Shown here: positions 1-10,774 of the stretch, one piece after another
Layout: the number at the start of each line of letters is the position of its first letter
How positions within the stretch are numbered: position 1 is the stretch's first letter
Origin: Nitrospirota bacterium
GTDB taxonomy: Bacteria > Nitrospirota > Nitrospiria > JACRHA01
NCBI GenBank assembly: GCA_016234185.1
Contig: JACRHA010000056.1
Coordinates: 5,553-69,552, forward strand
Length of the DNA: 64,000 bases
Reading direction: 5' to 3'
The notes under the pieces: model-generated
Databases searched by the model: none
Told to the model about the DNA's origin: nothing
Seen by the model: only the letters and a program-made list of their open reading frames with translations
Position numbers and translations under genes: made by a program

Positions 1-383
1 TTCTTAAGCATCCATTGCATCTGCTCCTTCTCAGCGCCTCCGTAACCAACCAATGCCAGCTTTACCTCTCTAGGTGTATATTCCATAACAGAAACAGATA
101 ATATCTCTGCTGCGATCAGCACAGCCCCCCTTGCCTGACCAAGCCTCACTGCCGTCTGAACATTTTTATGGAGAAAACTATTTTCTACGGCTATTGCATC
201 AGGACGACAGGTCTCAATTAATTCCTGCACCTTCAGGAATATCTCTTTGAGCTTCTTTGATATCGGATCATTTGGTCTTGAGGTGATTTCACCGGATACG
301 ACCAGAGAGATCCTGTCGGATGACTGCTCCACAAGTCCGTATCCAGCCTTAGAAGTCCCCGGGTCTATACCAAGCACCTTCAT
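1..383 (-). CDS. ruvC: Holliday junction resolvase RuvC (C-terminus truncated at the window edge)
   Basis: Minus-strand translation from the ATG at 383 begins MKVLGIDPGTSKAGYGLV, with ...AVENSF... further in, the canonical RuvC N-terminus. Its position downstream of yebC is conserved synteny. Confidence 0.8.
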   Translation of the reverse strand, partial: MKVLGIDPGTSKAGYGLVEQSSDRISLVVSGEITSRPNDPISKKLKEIFLKVQELIETCRPDAIAVENSFLHKNVQTAVRLGQARGAVLIAAEILSVSVMEYTPREVKLALVGYGGAEKEQMQWMLK

Positions 384-390
384 ATTTTCA

Positions 391-1143
391 TTATCCGGTA
401 GAGACCTTTTCCATTATCTCATCAGGGATATCGAAGTTGGCATATACCTTATGGACATCATCATGGTCTTCCAGCGCCTCCATCAGCTTCAGCATCTGCT
501 CGGCCTCTTTTCCCTCCAGCCTTATATAGCTCTGCGGCATCATTGTAACCTCGCTTAAGGCCATCTCTATGCCGTTCTCTTTTACCCTGTTTTTTACATG
601 TTCAAAATCATGGGGGGTTGTTATTATCTCGTAGTTGCTCTCGTCAGATTTTATATCCTCTGCACCTGCCTCAAGGGCAAGGTTCATCAGATTTTCCTCA
701 TCGGCCTTAGCCCTTTCCACAACAATATATCCCTTCTTTGAAAACATCCAGGAGACACAACCTGCCTCACCCATATTGCCGCCATGCTTGCTCATGATAT
801 TCCTTATCTCAGAGACGGTCCTGTTCTTATTATCAGTGGTGATCTCAATAAGCAATGCCGCGCCTCCTGGTCCATATCCTTCATAGACAGACTCTTCATA
901 TGTCACACCGGGAAGCTCACCTGTCCCCCTCTGTACCGCCTTCTTGATATTGTCCGCAGGCATATTGGCCTCTTTGGCCTTTAGTATTGCTGTCCTAAGA
1001 CGGGGGTTTCCCTCAGGATCTCCGCCCCCTTGCCTGGCAGCTATTGTAAGTTCCCTGATGATCTTCGTGAATATCTTACCCCTCTTGGCATCAACGGCCA
1101 TCTTCTTATGCTTGGTAGTTGCCCACTTAGAATGTCCTGACAT
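391..1143 (-). CDS. yebC: YebC/PmpR family DNA-binding transcriptional regulator
   Basis: The 250-aa ORF starts [14 protein letters not shown] and contains [12 protein letters not shown], typical of YebC/TACO1. Confidence 0.9.
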   Translation of the reverse strand: MSGHSKWATTKHKKMAVDAKRGKIFTKIIRELTIAARQGGGDPEGNPRLRTAILKAKEANMPADNIKKAVQRGTGELPGVTYEESVYEGYGPGGAALLIEITTDNKNRTVSEIRNIMSKHGGNMGEAGCVSWMFSKKGYIVVERAKADEENLMNLALEAGAEDIKSDESNYEIITTPHDFEHVKNRVKENGIEMALSEVTMMPQSYIRLEGKEAEQMLKLMEALEDHDDVHKVYANFDIPDEIMEKVSTG

Positions 1144-1401
1144 CTTACCTCCTAAGACAATTTAGTATCGTCAAACCTATTCTATCTCTTACCACACCCG
1201 GTATAAATAGTCAATTCTTTTCCGAAGCATTCTTTTCCGAAGCATCCGAAACAGGCATTGTTTTATATTCTGTCATCCCAAAATGATAATCTCCTGTTTG
1301 GCCAATACCGTATTCGCTGTAAAACGTAGGACCAATAATTTAGATAGTTGAAAGATACTGTTATTTATGGTAATTTTAAACTGTTCATAAGGGTTCAAAA
1401 T

Positions 1402-1803
1402 ATGGCTGAGTCAGAAGAGGAAAAGGGGTTTAATGTCACTGATAAGAGGCGGGTGACCCTTGATGACCAGGGCACGGATTCTCCAAAGGCAGAACCTCCT
1501 CCAAGGATGGATCAGGATATAAAAAAGGAGGAAGAGAGACCAACGGGGATAGACTTCTCAACCTTTATCCTCTCCCTTGGAAGCTCCACCTTGATCTTAC
1601 TTGGGGTTGTGGAGGATCCGATCAAGGGAGAAAAGATGGTAAATCTGCCTCAGGCAAGGGAGATGATAGACCTGCTTACCATACTGAAAGAGAAGACAAA
1701 GGGAAATCTTAACAAGGAGGAGGGGATCCTTCTTGATAATCTCCTCTTTGATCTGAGAATGAGATATGTGGAAAAAAAAGAGAAATCAATTAAGCAAGGA
1801 TGA
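1402..1803 (+). CDS. DUF1844 domain-containing protein
   Basis: The IDFSTFILSLGSSTLILLGV motif is characteristic of DUF1844. The start was moved to the ATG at 1402 (MAESEEEKG). Confidence 0.5.
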   Translation: MAESEEEKGFNVTDKRRVTLDDQGTDSPKAEPPPRMDQDIKKEEERPTGIDFSTFILSLGSSTLILLGVVEDPIKGEKMVNLPQAREMIDLLTILKEKTKGNLNKEEGILLDNLLFDLRMRYVEKKEKSIKQG

Positions 1804-4800
1804 GGATCATGCAGAACCTAACGACCTGAAGACCCCCCCTTCACCTGCAAAAAAGATTTTAATCCTTCTTCTGATCCTTTTCCTCATTGTATCTACAAAT
1901 ATCTTCCTCCATTCCAACCTCCTTTCTGAGATGATACATCCCATTATAGTGACGCAACTCGAGAAGGTCTTCGGAGAGGGCGTTAGGATTGGGAAGGTAA
2001 GTCTTAATCTCCTGCCAACATCTATCGAGATAACGGACTTTTCTCTGATAGGACCGGTTGATCACCATAAGACGCCACTCTTCAGTGCAAAAAAAGTCAG
2101 GGTTAACTTTTCGCCCCTGTCATTAATTACAGAGGTCTTTCTAATAAAAAAGATATCTTTGACAGAACCAGTAGTGACTATATTGGAATATGGGAAGGAT
2201 ATTAGCATTAAATCTCTTCTTAATCCCATGTCTGCTGCTGGAAGCGGCAGCAGGAAGAAGGTAATAGTAATCAGGAGGATTGAAATAAGAGAGGGCGGGG
2301 TGAATATCAAGGCAATGGATGGTGGGTTGGAGGCTCAAATCGCAGGTCTCAATGCAGTGATAGAGCCCGATCTAACTATGCAAAACTATCAGATCTCAGC
2401 CTCTTTGAGGGATATTATGCTGAGTGTATCCGGCGCTACAAGGCGACTTGCCCAGGTAGAGTGGAAGGCCGCCCTCCACCCCGATTATCTTGAGATTAGG
2501 AGATTAGAAGCCGGATCAGGGGATCTGTTGCTCAGCCTTATGGGAACAATCAGCGGTTTCGAGGAACCGAGAATTAACCTGGAGGTAAAGTCTTCAACAG
2601 GGCTTGATGACATCGATAGATTATACCCACCCCTCAAAGGTATTAATGGAAAGGCGGAGGCCGCGGGAGAGATCAGCGGCAAATATCCTGATATCCTCTG
2701 GAGGGGCCGGCTATCTCTGAAGAACCTTTCCTATGAATCTTCGCCGCTTGGAGAGATGAGCTCTGCTGTCTCCCTATCCAGGGATCAGATTATGTTCTCA
2801 AATGCCTCAGCCGATATATTTGGCGGACATCTAACAGGGAATATGACAAGCTCCATTTCCCCAAAAGAAGGGCCGAGATACCACCTGCAACTTATCTTTG
2901 AAAAGATTAAGACTGAGGAGGTAAAGAAAATAATACCCGAAGGATTCCCTGTTCCTGGCAAAACAATAGACGGAAATATATCGTTGCAAGGTATAGGTTT
3001 GAACAGGGAGTCTTTGAGTGGAGATGGCGAAATAAGGATATCCGGCAGGCCCGATGAGATTAAGGACAAGTCAAGCGCCTCCTGGAAGGAGATCCTCATC
3101 TCGCTCCCAGAGGATATTCAGCTTGCATTTACGATATCTGCCGGTGATCTCAATATCAGGACAATGAAGATATCCTCCGCCGGTTCAATTCTTGAGATGA
3201 GTGGACAGGTGTTCAAAAACAACGACATGGATCTCTCAGTCCGTTCAGGTATCAGGGTAATGAAGACCTTTCTGGAAGGGTCAGGTATTACAGATCTGGC
3301 AGGGGACATTGATTTGGCAGGCAAGCTCAGGGGAAATATATCATCCCCGCTCTTTCAGGGAAAGATCGAGATGAATGATGTCCTCATTAAAGGGGTAAGT
3401 ATCAATAGATTTAGTTCCAATATAGTCCTGACAAAAGAAGAGATCGAACTGTCGAATGCCCTGGCTGAAACAGGTGTCGCAACATATAAATTTAATGGAA
3501 AGATTGCCTGGAGGGATGGCATTAATAACCCTTACATAGATCTGGCAGTAAAGATAAACAGCGGATCTCCCGCAGAGATCGCCCGGATGTTCCATAAAGA
3601 GGTCAGGATTAATACACCTATTACCGGAGAGATGTCGGTTAAAGGATATGTCAGGGAGTTGAATCTCCTTGCAAACCTGTCAATAAGGCAGGGAGAGATC
3701 TACGGGCAATCTATCGATTCAGGCAGGGCAGATCTAGCTATCAATAATATGGGAATCAGGATCTCAACGTTTATCCTGAAAAAAAATAAAAGTATACTTA
3801 AGGGGACAGGCTGGATCGGATTTGACGGGGCATTCAAATCTACAATGAAGGCAGAGGCCCTCGGGCTCGAAGACCTTGATATTATTTCAGACAGGATCCC
3901 GAATATAAAAGGAAAGGCCTCCATTGAGTTATCCGGCGCCGGCACATTTACCAAACCGCAGATACTGGGCGGCATCTCTATTATCGGCCTCTCTTATCAG
4001 GGGTCTGATATGGGGGATGCAAGGATCGAGGTATGGACTCAGGCTGAGGATCTGAATTTTAAGGCCAGGATCAATGACCGGCTCACGGCAAAAGGAAAGG
4101 TGGGCCTGAAGGGCAGCCTTCCGGTTGCGGCAGATATCAGTCTTACTGATATGCCGGTTGGTATATTCCTGGACCTTGTTCATCCTGAACTTCCCTCCAG
4201 GGTGTCGGCCGTGACATCAGGGAGGGTTTCAATAAACGGGAACCTCGCCGATCCGAAGTCGATCCATACCGACATTCTTCTTACAAATCTGAATATTGAC
4301 ATATCGGGCTACCAGGTGAGAAACGACAAGAAGATCTCTATTGAAATAAAGGGAGAGGAAGCCAGGATTGTCTCATTTAGTTTACGCGGGGAAGGTACCT
4401 TAATTAATATAAAGGGAGGATCAATTGCCCGGAACGAGCTAAATATCTTTGTAGAGGGTGAAGCTGACCTGAGCCTGCTCAAGCTATTCACAAGGGATAT
4501 CGCTCTTAGCAAAGGGAGGGCTGTCTTTGCCCTGACAGTATCGGATAAATGGGAGGATCCCAAGATCAGGGGAGACCTAAAGGTAATTGGTGGTATAGTA
4601 AGGACCAATATAGTACTGACCCAGTCGATTAATATAACTGCAATGAACTTACTCTTCAATGAACGCCAAATCCTTCTTGAAAAATTTGAAGGCCTTGTGG
4701 GAAGCGGGAACATACATGGTTCGGGAAAGATAGACATCAAGAATATGTCTGTTGCCGGCATAGAGATGATCCTGGAATTTAAGGAAGTAAGACACGCCTT

Positions 4801-5707
4801 GATATCTGACTTTAATTCCATGATCGATGGTACGCTCATCTTTCAGGCAAATAATAAGTCAAGAAGGCTTACCGGGGAGATCGATATCAAGAAGGGTAAG
4901 TACGAGAAACGGATAGATATGAACAGGTGGCTAATCGAGGTCAGGAAGATCACCTCTGCCCAGAGGCCTGCCAAGGCATCAAATGATGTCTCCTTAAATA
5001 TCCATTTTTATGGAAAGGATGGGATATGGATAAATAATAATATTGCCAAGATTCCGCTTGAACTGGATCTGTATCTTAAGGGCTCTGTAAACAGGCCTGT
5101 ATTATTAGGGAGGATAGATGCAAATGATGGGTCTGTCTTTTTCAGAGGGAACGAATTTAAGGTAAAATCAGGCACAGTAGATTTCCTTGATCCGAAGGCA
5201 ACCAAACCGCAGTTTGACTTCAAGATCAACACAAAAGTAAGGACATATAAGATTGATACCAGTCTGGCAGGAACCCTGGATCGTTTTGACCTGCAGCTCT
5301 CATCAAATCCCCCTCTGAGCGAGACTGATATCCTTGCCCTCCTTACAGTAGGAAGGACTTCGACTGAGTTTACTCAGACCCAGAAGAATATAGGGAAGGA
5401 GGCGGCAGCCTCCCTGCTGGTAGAAGAGCTTGTTCAGGAGAAGGTTCAGGGCATAACGGGTGTGGACCGCTTTCAGGTCGACCCATACTATTCAGGAGTT
5501 AAATCGTCATCCGGCCCTAAATTCACAGTAGAAAAGAAACTGCTGGATGACAGGATGTCTGTTACCTATGCCTCTACGCTGGATCCTTCTGTTGAGGAAT
5601 TGATCCAGGTAGAGTATAGGCTTGCAGGCAACATATCTCTGATCGGCACCAGGGATGAAAAGGGGTTGCTTGGGGGGGACATCAGATTCAGATTCGAATT
5701 CAAATAG
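1766..5707 (+). CDS. tamB: TamB-like translocation and assembly module protein (AsmA/DUF490 family)
   Basis: The 1313-aa protein has an N-terminal TM anchor, long beta-rich repeats and a DUF490-like C-terminus ending RFRFEFK. It lies directly upstream of bamA. Confidence 0.7.
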   Translation: MWKKKRNQLSKDEDHAEPNDLKTPPSPAKKILILLLILFLIVSTNIFLHSNLLSEMIHPIIVTQLEKVFGEGVRIGKVSLNLLPTSIEITDFSLIGPVDHHKTPLFSAKKVRVNFSPLSLITEVFLIKKISLTEPVVTILEYGKDISIKSLLNPMSAAGSGSRKKVIVIRRIEIREGGVNIKAMDGGLEAQIAGLNAVIEPDLTMQNYQISASLRDIMLSVSGATRRLAQVEWKAALHPDYLEIRRLEAGSGDLLLSLMGTISGFEEPRINLEVKSSTGLDDIDRLYPPLKGINGKAEAAGEISGKYPDILWRGRLSLKNLSYESSPLGEMSSAVSLSRDQIMFSNASADIFGGHLTGNMTSSISPKEGPRYHLQLIFEKIKTEEVKKIIPEGFPVPGKTIDGNISLQGIGLNRESLSGDGEIRISGRPDEIKDKSSASWKEILISLPEDIQLAFTISAGDLNIRTMKISSAGSILEMSGQVFKNNDMDLSVRSGIRVMKTFLEGSGITDLAGDIDLAGKLRGNISSPLFQGKIEMNDVLIKGVSINRFSSNIVLTKEEIELSNALAETGVATYKFNGKIAWRDGINNPYIDLAVKINSGSPAEIARMFHKEVRINTPITGEMSVKGYVRELNLLANLSIRQGEIYGQSIDSGRADLAINNMGIRISTFILKKNKSILKGTGWIGFDGAFKSTMKAEALGLEDLDIISDRIPNIKGKASIELSGAGTFTKPQILGGISIIGLSYQGSDMGDARIEVWTQAEDLNFKARINDRLTAKGKVGLKGSLPVAADISLTDMPVGIFLDLVHPELPSRVSAVTSGRVSINGNLADPKSIHTDILLTNLNIDISGYQVRNDKKISIEIKGEEARIVSFSLRGEGTLINIKGGSIARNELNIFVEGEADLSLLKLFTRDIALSKGRAVFALTVSDKWEDPKIRGDLKVIGGIVRTNIVLTQSINITAMNLLFNERQILLEKFEGLVGSGNIHGSGKIDIKNMSVAGIEMILEFKEVRHALISDFNSMIDGTLIFQANNKSRRLTGEIDIKKGKYEKRIDMNRWLIEVRKITSAQRPAKASNDVSLNIHFYGKDGIWINNNIAKIPLELDLYLKGSVNRPVLLGRIDANDGSVFFRGNEFKVKSGTVDFLDPKATKPQFDFKINTKVRTYKIDTSLAGTLDRFDLQLSSNPPLSETDILALLTVGRTSTEFTQTQKNIGKEAAASLLVEELVQEKVQGITGVDRFQVDPYYSGVKSSSGPKFTVEKKLLDDRMSVTYASTLDPSVEELIQVEYRLAGNISLIGTRDEKGLLGGDIRFRFEFK

Positions 5708-5730
5708 CCTATTATCAGGATATCTGCCTA

Positions 5731-5970
5731 GCGAACAACGTGAGCGTGTGAGGGGGAGGCTCCACAGGCTTTGCCGGTGGAGGGGGCGACGCTAGCCCCT
5801 GCAAATGAAAGCAGGAGTCAGGAGTCAGGAGAACAGTATTCAGTAGTCAGAATACAGGAGTCAGGAGGAAAGTCTAGAGCCTGAATATTCTAAACAGCGA
5901 GCGAATGCGAGCGTTGAGGGGGAGGCTCCATCCGGCTTTGCCGGTGGAGGGGGCGACGCTAGCCCCTTTA
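5731..5970. repeat. Two copies of the interspersed hairpin repeat (core GAGGGGGAGGCTCC..GCCGGTGGAGGGGGCGACG) separated by the AATGAAAGC-AGGAGTCAGGAGTCAGGAG module
   Basis: Cores sit at about 5745-5800 and 5908-5970. The same about 55-bp core recurs at least 12 more times in the window. Confidence 0.85.
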
Positions 5971-5976
5971 AAAAGG

Positions 5977-8769
5977 ATGGATCATAAATTAAGCCAGGCT
6001 TCTTGTATCTGCCTTATCTCTCTTTCTCTGTTTATTGCTTTAAATTTTACATCCCCCTTTCTCTATGCCTCTGAATCTAAAATGGAGGGCAAAAAGATTA
6101 CATCTATAGAGATAAAAACAGAAGGGGGTGAGAGGATAGAGTGGTTAAAGGATATGATAAGCATAAGGGAGGGGGATCTCTATTCCTCCAGGGCTGTAAG
6201 GAGGAGCCTTGACCAGCTTTATAAGGACGGGCGTTTTAAGGATATCATTATAGACGCAGAGCTTGCGGACAGAGGGGTTGTCCTGACCTATACATTGATT
6301 GAGAAGGAGATTATATCTGAGATTGTAATCTCTGGAAACTGGTTTGTAACAACAAAAGAACTCATGGAGAAGATAAGGGCGAGTGAAGGCGAGGAGATTA
6401 CAGATGACCTGTTAAGAGAGATATTGTCGGATCTGATCTCCTATTACCACAAAAAAGGTTTTTTCCATGCAGAGGTCGAAGAGGTGGTAAAGAGAGGAAG
6501 GGGGATAAAGGCCAGGACCCTGCTCAGGCTAAATATCAGGGAGGGAAAAAGGACAAGGATACGTGAGTTAAGATTCACAGGAGAGAGGGTCTACCCGGAT
6601 ATAAACCTCCTCTTCAAGATCAGGATGGGAAAGGGAGAGTTCTTTTCAGGCGAAACACTGGAGAGGGATATGGTGTCCCTGGAGAACTTCTATAAGGATA
6701 ACGGATATTTTAACGCGATTATCGGACCCCCGGAAGTTCAATACAATAAAGAATTAAACGAGGTAGATATACAGATACCAATAGAGGCAGGTCGTCATAC
6801 AAAGATCGTCTTTGAAGGAAACAGTGCACTTTCCAGGGATAAACTTGAACCGCTCCTTCTGATAAAAGAGGAAAGGAGTTCTGATGATGATGTACTGAAG
6901 GCCTCCATGGAGAGGATCGAGGGGCTTTATAAGACCAAAGGGTATATGTTGGCAAAGGCAGAATACACCGGGAATGTTAAACCCGAAATGAACGAGACAG
7001 AGATAGCGATTAAGATAATGGAGGGGAAAAAGGTCTCGTTAAGGGAGATCGTATTTGAGGGTAACAGTTATTTTTCCTCAAAGGAGTTAAAGAAATTGAT
7101 GGAACAAAAAGAAGAGGGTTATCTGTTCTCATCAATACTGGACAGGAATAAACTTGAGGACGATATGAACCGGATACAAGCCCTGTACTATAAGAACGGG
7201 TTTATCGGGGTGAAGATTAAAGAAGAGACCTACATAGATGACGCAAAAGAAAATATGGTTTTAATCCTGAAAATAGATGAGGGGGTACAAACCTTTGTTG
7301 ACAGGATAGAGATACATGGAAACAGGCTCTTTTCTGAAAAGGAACTTTTAGACAATATTCCCTTAAAACCCGGAGCGCCTTACCTGGAGACATCTGCCCG
7401 CGATGGACAGCTTAATATCCTGACGCTATACGCAAAGATGGGTTATATATATGCCAATGTCAATCTAAAACCGGTCTTAAGGGATGATCAGAGGGGGGTT
7501 GAACTTTTATATCTCATTGATGAAGACAGGCCTGCCTCTATTGGAAGGATAGTGACAAGAGGGAATGATTTTACAAGGTCAAGGGTAATCTTGAGGGAGC
7601 TTATTATTCACGAAGGCGAGCCATACGATTATGAGAAGATCCTAAGGAGTCAGCAAAGGATATATCAGTTGGGATTTTTCAGTGATGTGAGGGTAGAGCC
7701 CTTCAGGGCAGGAGAAAAAGAATATATTAAAGATATGGTAATTGCCGTCAAGGAAAAGAATGCAGGTGCAGTCGATTTTGGTATAGGCTATGGTGATGTT
7801 GAGAGGTTAAGGGGGTTTAGCGAGATATCTCAATCCAACCTGTTCGGGACAGGCAGATATGCGAGCTTAAGGGGTGACTTAAGCCGGATCGAGAGGAAGT
7901 TTTCCTTAAATTATAAGGAGCCGCGGGTCTTAAATCTCCCGGTAGATGCAAGGATCGGCCTGGTGGATCTTACACAGAAGAGGATCACCTCGGACACAAG
8001 GGATGTGCTCTATGAGCTAAGGCAGGCGGGAGGAACCCTCGGCCTGGATAAGGGCTTTACTCCATCTGTAAAGGGGTCTTTTCTCTACCAGTTTGAGGCC
8101 AATAAGCTGCTGGATGTTAAACCGGGCGCAGTCCTGGCGCCGGAGGATGAAGGAAGGGTAACCATAGGCAGTATTAATCTTTCGCTGGAGAGGGACAGCA
8201 GGGACGACCCATTCAATCCATCAAGAGGGTCGGTGAACGGAATCCTTCTTAAGGATGCAGCATTCTCCCTGGGATCCGATGTACAGTTTTTTAAGGCATC
8301 CCTTCAGAGCAGCTGGTATTTCCCGGTTACAAGATGGTTCGTCCTTGCCTTATCAGCGAAGGGCGGGGCTGCAAAGAATTTTGGCGAGACCCTTGCTGTC
8401 CCGATCAGCGAGAGATTCTTCCTGGGCGGGAGGAGCACGGTAAGGGGTTACCTGCAGGATTCGCTCGGTATCCCCGGCGTTACAGTAATAGACGGAACAC
8501 CTACCGGTGGAAATGCGATGCTCCTTGTAAATGGCGAATTCAGGATATCACTCTTTTGGGGATTGGGCCTTGTGACATTTCTCGATGGAGGCAACGTATG
8601 GCCGGAATACAACGAGATCAACGTCTCGGAGATGAAATATTCCGCGGGGGTCGGTCTAAGATACAATACCCCCATAGGGCCATTCAGGTTAGATTTAGGA
8701 TACAAGCTTGAGCCGGAGCCTGGTGAAAGCAGCTCAGAATTGCATTTTACCCTGGGTCATACCTTTTAA
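5977..8769 (+). CDS. bamA: Outer membrane protein assembly factor BamA
   Basis: POTRA repeats and a C-terminal surface-antigen beta-barrel ending LGHTF. The start is set to the ATG at 5977 (MDHKLSQ, signal peptide, AAAAGGA Shine-Dalgarno) because the upstream in-frame stretch is translated repeat element. Confidence 0.85.
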   Translation: MDHKLSQASCICLISLSLFIALNFTSPFLYASESKMEGKKITSIEIKTEGGERIEWLKDMISIREGDLYSSRAVRRSLDQLYKDGRFKDIIIDAELADRGVVLTYTLIEKEIISEIVISGNWFVTTKELMEKIRASEGEEITDDLLREILSDLISYYHKKGFFHAEVEEVVKRGRGIKARTLLRLNIREGKRTRIRELRFTGERVYPDINLLFKIRMGKGEFFSGETLERDMVSLENFYKDNGYFNAIIGPPEVQYNKELNEVDIQIPIEAGRHTKIVFEGNSALSRDKLEPLLLIKEERSSDDDVLKASMERIEGLYKTKGYMLAKAEYTGNVKPEMNETEIAIKIMEGKKVSLREIVFEGNSYFSSKELKKLMEQKEEGYLFSSILDRNKLEDDMNRIQALYYKNGFIGVKIKEETYIDDAKENMVLILKIDEGVQTFVDRIEIHGNRLFSEKELLDNIPLKPGAPYLETSARDGQLNILTLYAKMGYIYANVNLKPVLRDDQRGVELLYLIDEDRPASIGRIVTRGNDFTRSRVILRELIIHEGEPYDYEKILRSQQRIYQLGFFSDVRVEPFRAGEKEYIKDMVIAVKEKNAGAVDFGIGYGDVERLRGFSEISQSNLFGTGRYASLRGDLSRIERKFSLNYKEPRVLNLPVDARIGLVDLTQKRITSDTRDVLYELRQAGGTLGLDKGFTPSVKGSFLYQFEANKLLDVKPGAVLAPEDEGRVTIGSINLSLERDSRDDPFNPSRGSVNGILLKDAAFSLGSDVQFFKASLQSSWYFPVTRWFVLALSAKGGAAKNFGETLAVPISERFFLGGRSTVRGYLQDSLGIPGVTVIDGTPTGGNAMLLVNGEFRISLFWGLGLVTFLDGGNVWPEYNEINVSEMKYSAGVGLRYNTPIGPFRLDLGYKLEPEPGESSSELHFTLGHTF

Positions 8770-8779
8770 TTATGTAACT

Positions 8780-10168
8780 ATGGAAAACAGGACATTTAAC
8801 AGATCAATCAATCTGGCCATACTCATTCTTGCGGCGATAGCTATATATATCGGCTATTCCATATTTCATCAGGATGGAGATGAGGTCAGGATATATGAAA
8901 GTCCCCCTCCCCTGCCGGGTAAGAAAGAAGAAACCCCTAGAGAAAACCCTGTAGTACCGGCGCCGGAGACCAGGAGCAATACAATTAAAGACGATGCCTC
9001 AACAGATCTATTTAACGAGGAGGGACTCCGGTTTTATAACCAGGGGAGATATGAAGAGGCAGCAGATTCTTTCAGGAGGGCGCATGAGAAGGATAAAAAT
9101 AATGATGCCTTAAAGATGAACCTTGCCTACACTGAAAGCAGGCTTGGCTGGAGAGAGATAGAGGCAGGGAGATACGGGGAATCATTGAGATACTTCAGGG
9201 AGGCCATGGAGTTTAATGATAAAGTACCGGATTCATATTTCGGTATGGGGTTTGCCCTTCATAAATTAAAGGATGATGACAGGGCGATAGAGTCAATAAA
9301 CAGGGGACTGGCCATAGATCCAAAGAGGACAGAGGGGTACAAGTTGCTGGCAGAGATACATTATCATAAAGATAACACAGAGCTGGCTATTAGTAATCTT
9401 GAGGCAGCATTAAAGCTTGCCCCCAACGACAACAACCTGAAGGGAATGCTTACAAAGATCAACAGGGAGAAGAAAGCAGAAGGAGGCTTTCAGCAGGAGG
9501 CAACAGAACATTTTACAGTAAGGTTCGAAGGGAGGGAAGAGAGGGATATAGCCAGGGTAATAACCATTATCCTTGAAGAGGCATACAGGGAGGTCGGCGC
9601 CTCCTTCTCTTTTTATCCTGGGGATCCAACTACTGTCATCCTCTATTCCGAGGAAAAGTTCCGGGACGTAACGCTCACTCCTGCTTGGACAAAGGGTATA
9701 TTTGATGGTAAGATAAGGCTTCCCGTTGGAGGGGCATTAAACGATAAGGAACTCCTTGAAAAGGTAATCTTTCATGAATATACACACGCTGTCATCCACA
9801 ATATCTCAGGTAAGGATGTCCCGCGGTGGCTGAATGAGGGTCTGGCCGTATATATGGAGCATGGGGATAAGGAGAGGCTTGAAGAGAGAATAATCAGTGA
9901 AATAAAAAAAGGCGGCAGGATAATCCCGCTGCATGAACTCCATGATTCCTTTATGGACAGCGAAGAATCAAGGGTGCCCATCCTTTATGCCGAAAGTTAT
10001 TCTGCTGTGGATTATCTGATAGATAGATACGGGATATTCAGGGTAAAGATCCTTCTTGAAGAGCTCTCCAGGGGGAGGGAGTTTAAGGAGGCATTCAGGG
10101 ATCTCTTTTTTATATCCTATGACGAATTCCAGTCCGCCTGGGAAAAGTCGATAATGAACAGGGTTTAA
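8780..10168 (+). CDS. Membrane-anchored TPR-repeat protein with a C-terminal peptidase MA-like (HExxH) domain
   Basis: N-terminal TM helix, TPR-like repeats, and an HEYTHAV...NEGLAVY zincin-like motif. Confidence 0.6.
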   Translation: MENRTFNRSINLAILILAAIAIYIGYSIFHQDGDEVRIYESPPPLPGKKEETPRENPVVPAPETRSNTIKDDASTDLFNEEGLRFYNQGRYEEAADSFRRAHEKDKNNDALKMNLAYTESRLGWREIEAGRYGESLRYFREAMEFNDKVPDSYFGMGFALHKLKDDDRAIESINRGLAIDPKRTEGYKLLAEIHYHKDNTELAISNLEAALKLAPNDNNLKGMLTKINREKKAEGGFQQEATEHFTVRFEGREERDIARVITIILEEAYREVGASFSFYPGDPTTVILYSEEKFRDVTLTPAWTKGIFDGKIRLPVGGALNDKELLEKVIFHEYTHAVIHNISGKDVPRWLNEGLAVYMEHGDKERLEERIISEIKKGGRIIPLHELHDSFMDSEESRVPILYAESYSAVDYLIDRYGIFRVKILLEELSRGREFKEAFRDLFFISYDEFQSAWEKSIMNRV

Positions 10169-10175
10169 ACTTAAA

Positions 10176-10772
10176 ATGAGCAGATTAGGCTTCCCGGTCT
10201 TTTTATTTATCATCTGTTTTTCATCCTCCGCTATCCTTTTCCCCTTTTCCGCGCTCGCAGATGATGAAAAGATCACAGACCTTTCCGTGACAATACAGAA
10301 TAAGGACATTTTGGTCTCAGCAAAGTTAATAAAGGCAATTAACAGCACTATTGAAGAAGATATTAAAAACGGAATCCCTAAAGATCTCTTTTATTATATC
10401 CTTTTAAAGAGAAAGCAGAATATATGGATCGACGAAGAGATCCTCTCAGTAACATTAAAATATACGATTAAATATGATATCTTAAAAAAACAGTATATTG
10501 TTACAAGCAGGGAGGGGACAAAAAATAGCCAGAGGGTTATTGAAAATTACCAGGAGATGGTGGACCTGAGCTCCAGGGTAAATAATGTTAAGCTTGCAGA
10601 TACTGATATATTAAATGCCAAGGAGTCTTACTATGTGAGTGTAAAAGCCCAGATGAAGGCTACAGCCATCCCCCTTCATCTCGACTATTTCTTTTTCTTC
10701 ATCCCATTCCTTGAGCTTGATACCCCCTGGGCTGACTCATCAATAATCTACCCCCAGGGGAAGGCTAAGTAG
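10176..10772 (+). CDS. DUF4390 domain-containing protein
   Basis: Secreted 198-aa protein immediately upstream of an NtrY-like kinase, the conserved DUF4390-ntrY-ntrX arrangement. Confidence 0.55.
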   Translation: MSRLGFPVFLFIICFSSSAILFPFSALADDEKITDLSVTIQNKDILVSAKLIKAINSTIEEDIKNGIPKDLFYYILLKRKQNIWIDEEILSVTLKYTIKYDILKKQYIVTSREGTKNSQRVIENYQEMVDLSSRVNNVKLADTDILNAKESYYVSVKAQMKATAIPLHLDYFFFFIPFLELDTPWADSSIIYPQGKAK

Positions 10773-10774
10773 AG

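Noticed and set aside
247-558. 103-aa plus-strand ORF, with others at 635-886, 784-984 and 944-1165
   Set aside because: They overlap the well-supported ruvC and yebC genes on the opposite strand.
5905-5976. Upstream in-frame extension of bamA ([24 protein letters not shown])
   Set aside because: This is a translation of the repeat element. The Met at 5977 has a Shine-Dalgarno and begins a proper signal peptide. The same reasoning applies to bioF at 56242-56367.
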